Origin: a virus
Direction: 5' to 3' (one strand)
IMG/VR virus record: IMGVR_UViG_3300045421_000501
Location: 32,001 to 96,000 of that record
Length of the DNA stretch: 64,000 nt
A program made the translations under genes and the position numbers. The stretch's first letter is position 1. Each line of letters starts with the position of its first letter. Positions 47,786 to 57,200 of this stretch are shown here, piece by piece. Under the pieces are notes generated by a model. That model was not told the DNA's origin. It did not search any database and saw nothing but the letters and a program-made list of their open reading frames with translations.

Positions 47786-49059
47786 TGTCTAATTTTCTAA
47801 GAGGGCATAAGTTAGTAGAATGTATTATATCTTCTCCTGACGAGTCTCAGAGAAGAGATTTTCGTTTGGATGTTGGAGATATTGATTATTATGAAAGTAT
47901 TTTTGATTATTCAATTTCAATGAATATGATGGTGGGAAATGCAAAAGGATTGTTTAGCAATCTTCCGGTTCGAAGTGGATGTAGAGTAACAATTAAAATT
48001 ACTCACCCAAGTGGAGATTTAGTTTTTAATACTGAAAATGATGGATTGTATTTGAGTACTATAAATGCAAATTTCTCAGAACCCACAAGAGAATTATTCT
48101 CAATTAAATTGGAAGGAAGGGAAGTATTCACAAATCAATCAACAAGAATTTATAAAAAATATACAGGGAAAATAAGTGATATTGTTCAAAATATTTTGAA
48201 AAATGATTTAAAAACAAATAAGATCAATCAAATTGATTTGACATCAAATGTTTATAGTTTTATGGGAAACTATAAAAAACCATTTCAGACTTTAGTTTGG
48301 TTATGTCCAAAATCAATTCCAGTGATTGAAGAAAATTCAAAAGAAACTGGATCTGCAGGGTATTTTTTCTATGAAACTTTGAATGGGTATAATTTTAGAA
48401 GTATTGATAGTCTTTTTAGTCAAATTAGAAATGGTGAATTAACTAAAAATCAAAATGTTTTTGTTTATACTTATACTCCAACTTCAACTGCATTTGATTC
48501 TAGAAATAATTTTAGAATTGTTTCTACTCCAGTATGGGCAAATCAAAATGATATTCTTTCTCAAATGAGAAATGGTATGTATCGATCCAAAAACATTTAT
48601 TTTGATATTAATAGTAGAAGATATGAAACCGTTGATTATAATATCAAAGATAGTATTGGAAATCAAATTAAAACAGCAAATCCAAAAACATTTATTCCAT
48701 TAAATTTGGTGGATGAATCTTCGAGATATATGTTTACGGCTCTGGATACAGGAACTCTTTCTCCTGATGGTGACCTTACTACGCCACAAAATCAAGCTTT
48801 TTATCAAGCACAAAGTGTTGCACGATACTATACACTTTTTAGTCAGACACTTACAATAACAGTTCCACTAAATAATCAATTGAGAGCGGGAAATATAATT
48901 TATTGTCAATTTCCAAAAGTTAGCACCAGTGCTGGAGATTATGGAAAGGATCCAAATTCTGGATATTATTTAATTACTAGACTTAGACATAATTATGGAA
49001 CGGTTGGGGATTTTACAGGATTAGAACTTGTTAGAGACTCTTACGGAGAATATACATGA
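47785..49059 (+). CDS. Baseplate hub protein (gp27-like)
   Basis: YYESI, GYFFYET..GYNFRSID, L.AG..I, SG.YLI..L.H, L.RDS; precedes gp5. Confidence 0.6.
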   Translation: MSNFLRGHKLVECIISSPDESQRRDFRLDVGDIDYYESIFDYSISMNMMVGNAKGLFSNLPVRSGCRVTIKITHPSGDLVFNTENDGLYLSTINANFSEPTRELFSIKLEGREVFTNQSTRIYKKYTGKISDIVQNILKNDLKTNKINQIDLTSNVYSFMGNYKKPFQTLVWLCPKSIPVIEENSKETGSAGYFFYETLNGYNFRSIDSLFSQIRNGELTKNQNVFVYTYTPTSTAFDSRNNFRIVSTPVWANQNDILSQMRNGMYRSKNIYFDINSRRYETVDYNIKDSIGNQIKTANPKTFIPLNLVDESSRYMFTALDTGTLSPDGDLTTPQNQAFYQAQSVARYYTLFSQTLTITVPLNNQLRAGNIIYCQFPKVSTSAGDYGKDPNSGYYLITRLRHNYGTVGDFTGLELVRDSYGEYT

Positions 49060-49268
49060 CACCAGTAGAAATGCATATTGAAAATATTTTAAATGAATTA
49101 TATGAACCTGAAATTTCAATGCAACGTCGTCGGCATTTAGAAATCGAGATATATAATTTAAAAAATTATCAAAAAAATAATCCAAAGGAAACTAAAATTC
49201 CTTCTACCTTAGAATTATTTTGCGATTCAAATCCAAATGCTCCAGAATGTAAAATCTACGAAAATTAA
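49056..49268 (+). CDS. cp12: CP12 Calvin-cycle inhibitor (phage type)
   Basis: QRRRH.E.E; C-terminal LELFCDSNPNAPECKIYEN. Confidence 0.85.
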   Translation: MTPVEMHIENILNELYEPEISMQRRRHLEIEIYNLKNYQKNNPKETKIPSTLELFCDSNPNAPECKIYEN

Positions 49269-51241
49269 TGTCACTAATTGATTTTAATACAAATAGTAAC
49301 TATTTTGGCAAAGATGGCCTCAAATTTTGGATTGGGCAAGTCACAACAGATAAAACTTGGATAGAATCTTCTGAATGTTTTGGATATCGAGCGAAGGTAA
49401 GAATACAGGGATGGCATCCTCCAACAGCAGAAGTTTCAGATTCAGATCTTCCTTGGGCACATGTTCCAGTTCCACTTGCATTTGGATCTGGAAATGGATT
49501 AGCAGGAATATCTTTAAATTTGCAGGGTGGTGAAACTTGTTTTGGATTCTTTTTAGATCCTCCACATTGTCAACAACCAGTAATTTTAAGTTCACTTTTT
49601 ACAAATTCTGGAACAGAAAAAGCTTACACTGAAAGTGGTCCAACACCAATTCAGGTGATACCATATTCCGAAGTAAATCAAAAAAATACCTCAGAATTTA
49701 AATTATTTGGATATGATCCAAAAATTGAATTACATGCTGGAAATTCTCCTCAGGGAGGAGTCAAACCAGCAAATTTTGGACTAACAAAAGGAAATTTAGA
49801 TCCAAATGGAAATTCAAATAAACAACTTTATTATGATAATTATAAGTATGTGGTTAGTGTTGCAGAAAAATGTAAAAGTGGAAAGGGAATAACTGGAGAA
49901 ATTACAAAAATTTTTCGTACTTTTATTAATGTTACGAATGGACTCAAACAAGTTAAATCTGGATATTTAGATCCTATTCTAAATGAAATTGTAAAAATAG
50001 ATCAATTGATTTTAGAAGCCGCAAATGCAATTGCAGGATTATTTGCTCAAATTCTTAGAACTGCAAGAAAATGGCTAATCAAAGAAATTTATAGTTTGGT
50101 TACAAATATTCCAGCAATAAACAATTTATTGAAAGATATTGCAGTTGGAAAGGCAGTGGATGCAATTTATTGTGTTATTGAAAAAATAATTAAAGGACTT
50201 GTAAATTTAGTTGCAAAATATCTGACATCTTTAATTGGAAAACTAACATCAATTCCGATTTGTGCTGCAGAACAATTTGTTGGAGGAATACTTAGTGATC
50301 TTTCGGATACAATTCAAACTCAACTTGGTCCTGCACTAAATGAAATTCAAAAACTTGTAGGACCAATAAACACATTCTTTTCTTATGTTCAAAGGGCATT
50401 AAATTATGCTCAACAAGCAGTTAATTTTCTATCATGTGAAGGTAATGATTGCCAAGAAAAAGGTTATGATTGGTCAGTAAATTTTGGTCCGGTTCCAAAA
50501 AATGCTCAAGATTTTCAAAGAGTCATTAATGTTTCGAGTTCGATTAGTAATTTGCAAGGAGATGCTTCTAGAAATATTGATAATTGGTTCGGGAATCCGA
50601 ATTCTCCGGGAATTTCTGAGTTGGATGGGTGCAATCCATTCACTATAAATTGTGGAGCGCCAAGCATAACTATTTTTGGTGGTGGTGGATCCGGAGCAAT
50701 TGCAAATGCAGTGATTAATGATCTTGGGCAGATTGTAGGAGTTAATATGAGTTCACTAGGATTTGGATATACAAGTGAACCTTTTGTTTCTTTTATTGAT
50801 GAATGCGATAATGGCAAGGGTGCTACAGGAACTGCAATTATTAATAATGGTGAAGTCGTGAATATTGTAATTACCAATCCTGGAAATGGATATTTGCAAC
50901 CACAGACGGGAACTTCCGATGATACTGGTGTAGATGTTGCAGGTAAACTTGATGGAATTCAAATCATTAATACTGGATATGCATATTCTTCTAATGATAT
51001 AATTACTTCAGAATGTGGAACAATTCAACCAGAATTAGATGATGAAGGAAGAATTATTGGAGGAACTGTTTTATCTGCAGAATTAGGATGCACAAGTATT
51101 CCAGATTTGACGATAAATACAGTGACTGGATATGGAGCAATTATTCGTCCAATTATAAAATATACCAAGAGAAGTGAAATATCTACATTTGTTCCACAAA
51201 ATAAATTGATTCGTATTGTTGATTGTATTTCTAGTTACTAA
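49268..51241 (+). CDS. gp5: Baseplate hub/spike gp5 N-terminal part (OB fold; no lysozyme domain seen)
   Basis: FG.DG..FWIGQV, R.KVRI.G.H, LPWA, GFFLD...QQPVI. Confidence 0.85.
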   Translation: MSLIDFNTNSNYFGKDGLKFWIGQVTTDKTWIESSECFGYRAKVRIQGWHPPTAEVSDSDLPWAHVPVPLAFGSGNGLAGISLNLQGGETCFGFFLDPPHCQQPVILSSLFTNSGTEKAYTESGPTPIQVIPYSEVNQKNTSEFKLFGYDPKIELHAGNSPQGGVKPANFGLTKGNLDPNGNSNKQLYYDNYKYVVSVAEKCKSGKGITGEITKIFRTFINVTNGLKQVKSGYLDPILNEIVKIDQLILEAANAIAGLFAQILRTARKWLIKEIYSLVTNIPAINNLLKDIAVGKAVDAIYCVIEKIIKGLVNLVAKYLTSLIGKLTSIPICAAEQFVGGILSDLSDTIQTQLGPALNEIQKLVGPINTFFSYVQRALNYAQQAVNFLSCEGNDCQEKGYDWSVNFGPVPKNAQDFQRVINVSSSISNLQGDASRNIDNWFGNPNSPGISELDGCNPFTINCGAPSITIFGGGGSGAIANAVINDLGQIVGVNMSSLGFGYTSEPFVSFIDECDNGKGATGTAIINNGEVVNIVITNPGNGYLQPQTGTSDDTGVDVAGKLDGIQIINTGYAYSSNDIITSECGTIQPELDDEGRIIGGTVLSAELGCTSIPDLTINTVTGYGAIIRPIIKYTKRSEISTFVPQNKLIRIVDCISSY

Positions 51242-51774
51242 TGAATAAAAAAGCCCTTATTATTTCTCATCCTTCGGGTGGTTTTATTGCCCTTGGAAAA
51301 GAAGAGGACAATAAAGATATTGTTCGAAATAGATCTTCTCAAATAACTGGTAAAACTGGTGCAAGTCTAAGAATATTTGATGATGGAGCCTGGGAATTAA
51401 GATCAACTCAAAATAAAAAAGGATCATCTTTAATTCAAAGCGGAAAAGGTCCACTTACGATTTATTCTGAAGGTGATATTAATTTAGAATCAAAAGGAAC
51501 TTTTTCCGTAAAGGCAAAAGATATTGTAATGCAGGCAACAAATGATATAATTGCAAATGTTGGACATGACTATAGAGTGGATGCGAGCAATAATGTAAAA
51601 ATATTAGGAACTTTGGTTGGTGTTTTTTCTGATAGTAAATTAGTATTAGCATCTCAAGGATGGACATTTATTCGAGGACAACCAATTCGTCTTATCGAAC
51701 CAAAATCAAAACTTCTTCCAACTTCATTGAAAGAGTTTGCAGATAATATCATTAACAATTTTCTTCTAAACTAA
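51241..51774 (+). CDS. gp5 C-terminal-like beta-helix spike segment
   Basis: Repeating beta-strand pattern (I.S.GDI.L.S.G...AK.I); synteny. Confidence 0.55.
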   Translation: MNKKALIISHPSGGFIALGKEEDNKDIVRNRSSQITGKTGASLRIFDDGAWELRSTQNKKGSSLIQSGKGPLTIYSEGDINLESKGTFSVKAKDIVMQATNDIIANVGHDYRVDASNNVKILGTLVGVFSDSKLVLASQGWTFIRGQPIRLIEPKSKLLPTSLKEFADNIINNFLLN

Positions 51775-51775
51775 A

Positions 51776-52618
51776 ATGGCAAGCGCATCAGAATTTTCAG
51801 CACAAAAAATTTATATTGGACCAGAAATTCCAGCAAGAGTGGATGCTTCTGAACTTACTTTGGATGAAAAAGCAATTCCTTTTTCTGGAACTTTAGCCTG
51901 TGTGGGACCAGCATTTTTTGGAATGCCGACAAATCTTGGATTTGCACGAGGTGTAGTTAATGTTGGACCATCGTTGCCACCATTTAGTGCTACAATTCCT
52001 GGATTATCTTTAGATGTGACTGGAGCAACTCATCATAATGGATTAGTAAATAATTTTGGATTGAGTAATCATATAGGATCTACTAATCATATAGGTGCAG
52101 CATTTAGTCTTGGTGCTATAATGGATATAGGAGTATCGACAAGAGTTGGAGCTTCTGCAGCTGTTGGTGGAGAAATAAACGCACAACCAAATCAAAACGA
52201 TTCGGCTGTTTATATGACATCAGCAGCACCATTTTATCAACATTTTGGAAATATGAACGTGGCTGGAGCATTTTCTGCATCTACAAAAGCATTTGAAATT
52301 GATCATCCTACAAAACCGGGAATGAAATTACGTTATGGATCACTTGAAGGTCCAGAAAATGGAGTATATACTCGTGGAACTGTGACTGTGGATGGAATTA
52401 TTGAACTTCCCGATTATTGGTCAAAATTAGTTGATCCTGCAAGTCTGACTGTCCAATTAACTTCAATTGGAGTATATCAAGAATTGTATGTGGATCATAT
52501 TGAATGGGGGCAAAAAATTGTGATTAGAAACTCAAGTGGTGGCAAAATTAATGCTTACTATTTTGTTCAAGGTGAACGAATTGATGTGGATAAACTTGTT
52601 GTCGAATTTCAGGCTTGA
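51776..52618 (+). CDS. Tail spike/fibre-associated protein
   Basis: C-terminal KAF.IDHPTK...LRYGSLEGPENGVY.RG domain typical of phage fibres. Confidence 0.6.
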   Translation: MASASEFSAQKIYIGPEIPARVDASELTLDEKAIPFSGTLACVGPAFFGMPTNLGFARGVVNVGPSLPPFSATIPGLSLDVTGATHHNGLVNNFGLSNHIGSTNHIGAAFSLGAIMDIGVSTRVGASAAVGGEINAQPNQNDSAVYMTSAAPFYQHFGNMNVAGAFSASTKAFEIDHPTKPGMKLRYGSLEGPENGVYTRGTVTVDGIIELPDYWSKLVDPASLTVQLTSIGVYQELYVDHIEWGQKIVIRNSSGGKINAYYFVQGERIDVDKLVVEFQA

Positions 52619-52643
52619 CACCGTTGCTTAAGTGTGCTAGAAT
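52615..52643 (+). promoter_or_regulatory. Sigma70 promoter
   Basis: TTGACA-N17-TAGAAT. Confidence 0.75.
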
Positions 52644-52664
52644 ACCAAAGTAATTCAAAATCTC

Positions 52665-52856
52665 ATGTCAAATCTAAATCTTCAAAACGAATATGTAGAC
52701 AATCTTAAAGTACATATTGAGAAAAAGTGTTTTTACTTATATGGTTCGGATGGATCTTATGAAACCATAAGTTGTGATACTTCGGAGCAATTTATTGGTA
52801 TACTAGAATTTGCTAAATCTAGTATACCAAGTCGAATTACATATGGCACAAATTAG
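52665..52856 (+). CDS. Conserved hypothetical protein
   Basis: FYLYGSDG...C.T.EQF. Confidence 0.6.
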   Translation: MSNLNLQNEYVDNLKVHIEKKCFYLYGSDGSYETISCDTSEQFIGILEFAKSSIPSRITYGTN

Positions 52857-53001
52857 ATGTCCATATTGTGGGCATATTCTTGGAAATAGAATTGAATTTG
52901 GATCTCACCTTAAAAGATGTAAAGAAAATAATAAATTCAAATTTGATTCTCCAAAAAATAATTCAAAAAGAAGACCCTGGCAAAGAAATAATCCAAGGTA
53001 A
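52843..53001 (+). CDS. Small C2HC zinc-finger protein
   Basis: CPYC...H..RC. Confidence 0.5.
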   Translation: MAQIRCPYCGHILGNRIEFGSHLKRCKENNKFKFDSPKNNSKRRPWQRNNPR

Positions 53002-53003
53002 AT

Positions 53004-53091
53004 GCGAGTGAGACTTGGTAGTCAGAGGAGTTTTATAAACTCTTTCCGCCAGATTAGCGGCTTTGAAGTGGTTCGAATCCACTCACTCGCA
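53004..53091 (+). tRNA. Atypical tRNA-Ile(UAU) with long variable arm
   Basis: GCGAGTG/CACTCGC acceptor; AGGAGT-TTTATAA-ACTCTT; extra arm CCGC-CAGATTA-GCGG; AGTGG-TTCGAAT-CCACT. Confidence 0.8.
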
Positions 53092-53114
53092 TTCGTTATT
53101 TGCGAATAACGAAT

Positions 53115-53187
53115 GCTCGTTTAGCAATCTGGTGAATGCAATCGACTCATAATCGATCCGAGGTGAGTTCAATTCTCACAACGAGCA
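53115..53187 (+). tRNA. tRNA-Met or Ile2 (CAU)
   Basis: ATCGA-CTCATAA-TCGAT anticodon arm. Confidence 0.88.
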
Positions 53188-53189
53188 TT

Positions 53190-53262
53190 GCCCGTGTAGT
53201 CCAATGGCAGAGACAGAGGACTTAAAATCCTTCCAGTATCGGTTCGAATCCGATCACGGGTA
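53190..53262 (+). tRNA. tRNA-Leu(UAA) with short variable loop
   Basis: GAGGA-CTTAAAA-TCCTT; variable loop CCAGT. Confidence 0.88.
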
Positions 53263-53297
53263 TTTACTAAATAAAATTGAAAAAAATTTTTATAAAA

Positions 53298-53486
53298 ATG
53301 GCATATAGAGTTAAATTGGAAATCGACGGACAAACTTCTTATTTGAAATCAATTACAAATCAAATTTTTCTGGATGATCCAAAATTTGCAAAAAAATTTA
53401 AAAATTCGGAACTTGCAGAAATTGCAATCGAAAAATCTAAGTGGCAGTATCAAAGATATTGTATTGTAGAAGAGGTTGAAGTTTGA
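53298..53486 (+). CDS. Hypothetical protein
   Basis: ATG-start ORF after late-type CTAAATA. Confidence 0.5.
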   Translation: MAYRVKLEIDGQTSYLKSITNQIFLDDPKFAKKFKNSELAEIAIEKSKWQYQRYCIVEEVEV

Positions 53487-53495
53487 TCAAATAGT

Positions 53496-54215
53496 TTATT
53501 CAAAAAAATACTGCTGATTATTTGAATTTTCAAAAACAGAAATAATTTCTGATTTTTTACTAATTTGAGCATCAAGTTGCATCTTTGCAGTCTGATATGA
53601 ATATCTTTGCAATTCCCAAGAAGATCTTGCCTCTTTGAGAAGATTAACTTGAGTTATTAAAGAATTTCTTTGTGTCTGTAGCGGTGTAATTTGATTTTCA
53701 AGAGTACTAATTGATGCTGCATATCCGGTGCAAATGATATCTGTATCAAACGTATAATATGTTCCAATTGCAACTGTAGATGAAATTTGATTATATGTTC
53801 CAATACCAATTGTATTGGATGTAAGAAGTTGTGTTGTTTTTGAAAATGGATTTGGAGAAGTAAATTGCCAAGAATGTAAAGTTATATCGTCTCTTGTGAT
53901 GGTAGTAATTCCTGTAATTATTCCTGGGCATCCAAATAAATTTGCGGATACCCCAAGACCAATAATTTGAGATTGTAATTTTTGAATGTTTGTATTTAAT
54001 TCTAAAATTTTATGATCAAGTCCGTTGATGGAAGGATTGAATTTTAAGATCTGTTCATTTACACCTTCAAGAATATATTGTGGATCTGAATTTGAATCTG
54101 TTTGAATTATAAGTCCGGAAATTGTTTGATCTAATTGCTTTTTTTGCTCCAAATCTTGAGCAATAGATCTTTTATATGATGCAATCAAGTACTGAGTTTT
54201 TGAACCAAGTGGCAT
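53496..54215 (-). CDS. Coiled-coil virion-associated protein
   Basis: Late promoter on minus strand at 54244-54251; GIGT motifs as in neighbouring fibre proteins. Confidence 0.6.
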   Translation of the reverse strand: MPLGSKTQYLIASYKRSIAQDLEQKKQLDQTISGLIIQTDSNSDPQYILEGVNEQILKFNPSINGLDHKILELNTNIQKLQSQIIGLGVSANLFGCPGIITGITTITRDDITLHSWQFTSPNPFSKTTQLLTSNTIGIGTYNQISSTVAIGTYYTFDTDIICTGYAASISTLENQITPLQTQRNSLITQVNLLKEARSSWELQRYSYQTAKMQLDAQISKKSEIISVFENSNNQQYFFE

Positions 54216-54217
54216 AG

Positions 54218-54251
54218 TATAAATATAGTGAAGAAGGTGTCTGTATTTATA
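54218..54251. promoter_or_regulatory. Pair of oppositely oriented T4 late promoters
   Basis: TATAAATA at 54218 (+) and TATTTATA at 54244 (= TATAAATA on -). Confidence 0.75.
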
Positions 54252-54255
54252 GTCA

Positions 54256-57200
54256 ATGCCATTAAGTAGATTAGAAAATTTTCTCAAAGATGTTCAAGGA
54301 AACGTAATTTATGTTAATCCTTCAGAACTTGATGCTACAGACGATATTAATAATCAAGGAAATTCAAGGACTCGTCCATTTAAGACAATCCAAAGGGCTT
54401 TACTTGAATCTGCAAGATTTTCATATCAGTTAGGAAAAAATAACGATAAGATTGATAAAACAACAATCTTTGTTGCACCTGGAATTCATTATATTGATAA
54501 TCGTCCGGGACTTGCCATTGATACTGGAGGAAATTTAACAGATATTAATGGTTCTTCTGCAACAATTGATCAATTGTCTGTAGGAACTAATTTTGATATT
54601 AATGATCCAAATAATGTTCTTTGGAAATTCAATTCAATTCATGGTGGCGTAATTTTACCAAGAGGAACTTCTGTTGTTGGACAAGATTTAAGAAAAACAA
54701 AAATTCGTCCAAAATATGTTCCCGAACCAGGAAATTCAAATATTCAAAGATCTGCAATTTTTAGAGTAACTGGAACGTGTTGGTTTTTTGGATTTAGTTT
54801 TTTTGATGCAGATCCAAATGATCGAGTTTATCGAGATTATACTACTAGTGTCTATTCTCCTAATTATTCTCACCATAAACTAACTTGCTTTGAATATGCA
54901 GATGGAGTTAATATAGTTCCTGGAAAAGGAAATACTGATCTTGATATGTATTACCATAAGCTATCTTTAGCTTATGGTGTTAATTCTGGTAGAGCACTTC
55001 CGGATTATCCTACAAACACTGATTTTGAAGCAGTTGTTGATGAATATCGAATTGTTGGAGCATTGTCTCAAATTGGAGATATCTTAATTGAAGACATCTA
55101 TTCCGGAACAAATCCAACTGATTCTGTTGCAACTTCAATTGTTACTGTTGTTACAAGAACAAATCATAATCTTTCTGTAGGAACTCCTATTTTAATTACA
55201 GGAGTTGATAATCCGGAATATGACGGAAGTTGGGTAGTCGCACAAGTAACTTCCGAAACAAATTTTACATATCAAAGAGCAACATCTCCAACATCTACTG
55301 CAACTCCAGATTTGAGTGGAAAAAATCCAAGAGTATTTGTTGAAAGTGATAGTGTATCTTCTGCTTCTCCATATGTTTTCAATTGTTCTGTTCGTTCGGT
55401 ATATGGATTGAATGGAATGTGGGCTGATGGAGATAAGGCAACCGGATTTAAGTCTATGGTTGTCGCGCAATTTACTGGCATTTCTTTGAATAAAGATGAT
55501 AATGCATATGTCAAATATAATACAACTACAGGAGTATGGGAGGATCAAACAACTCTTGGATCCTCAATTTCACTTCATACAAATAGTCTTGCAAAACATA
55601 AGCCGGATTGGCAAAACTTTCACATAAAAGTATCCAATTCTGGATTGATTCAAGCAGTTTCTGTGTTTGCAATTGGATATGCACAGCACTTTGTTGCTGA
55701 AAATGGTGGAGACATGTCCATCACAAACTCAAACTCTAATTTTGGAGCAAAAGCATTAGAATCTGACAGATTTAGAGGAGATGCATTTCTTCGAGATGAT
55801 TATGGGTATATTACAGATATTGTTCCTCCTCAAAAGAATACGTCAAAAGAAACAAATATTAATTATCTTGCATTGGATGTAAATGCGACTGCAGGAGTAG
55901 CAACTGATACTAAATTATATCTTTATGGATATAATCAAAAGGATACTGTTCCACCAAGGTCAATATCTGGTTATATTGTTGGAAATAGAGTAGGAGATAA
56001 TCTTTATTGTGAAATTAATAATATCGTTTATGAAGCACCAATTTTGATGCCGGTTCCTCAATCAAATCCTAATTTACGAATATCCGCAAGAAAGGAATAT
56101 TTTGTTGGAAGATCTTCTGGAATTAATTCAATTACTGGAAATACTTTTACACTCGAAACTTCACATAGACTTAATAATGGAGAATCTGTTCGTATTGTTT
56201 CTGAGAATGGTAGTATTCCGGATGGCATCGAATATCGAAAAATTTATTATGCAATTACAAATGGATTAAATCCAGATCAAATTCAACTTGCAACTACTTT
56301 CAATAATGCTCTCTCTGGAGATGAAATTGTAGGTATTAATAATCTTGGTGGAAAAATAAAAATTGTTTCAAATGTTTCTGACAAATTACCAGGAGAACCA
56401 GGACATCCAATTCAATTTGATGGTACTGGATGGTATATTGGAGTCGGAGTAAGTAATTCTCTTCGATCTGCAATTGCAATAAATCAAGCAAAAATTACTC
56501 CAAAAACATCAAACACAACAATTCGAAGAACTCCAGACATTAGAACTGATTCGAGAAAAATTTATCGTTTACGTTATGCAATTCCTGAAAATGCATTAAA
56601 TGCAACACCACCAGCAAATGGATATATTTTACAGGAAAGTAGTTCCGAAATTGATGATACGATTTATCAAAATGATTCGACAAATATAACTTCTGTCACC
56701 AATCTAAGAACAAATACAAATATTATTAATGCTTCTTGGAATTCGAATGTTGGTATTATTACTACACAATATCCACATAATCTAAAAGTTGGAAATTTAG
56801 TTTCAATTAAGCGTCTGAAGAGTACAGTCAATGTAATTGGATCAAATAATCTTGGATTCAATGGACTTTTTGATGTACTTAAAATTGATGATAGTAAAAC
56901 ATTTAGAATTGGACTAAGCACAAATCCTGGATCAATTTCTACAGTTGCATCAAAGGCTCCATATACATTTGAAGATATATCTGTAGTCGGTTCTGGAAGA
57001 ACTGACAGTCCTTATTTTTCAAGAAAAGATTTTGGTCCAGCTTTTCAGATATATAATCAGCAGACAATTCAAGAATATAAGTCAAATATTCAAGATGGAA
57101 TATATGATTTGGGCATAAATGCATTCATTTATACCCCTGAGGTTTCTCCATTCTCAACATCTCGAAATAGATTTTCTCAAAATTTGGATAATTTTTATCC

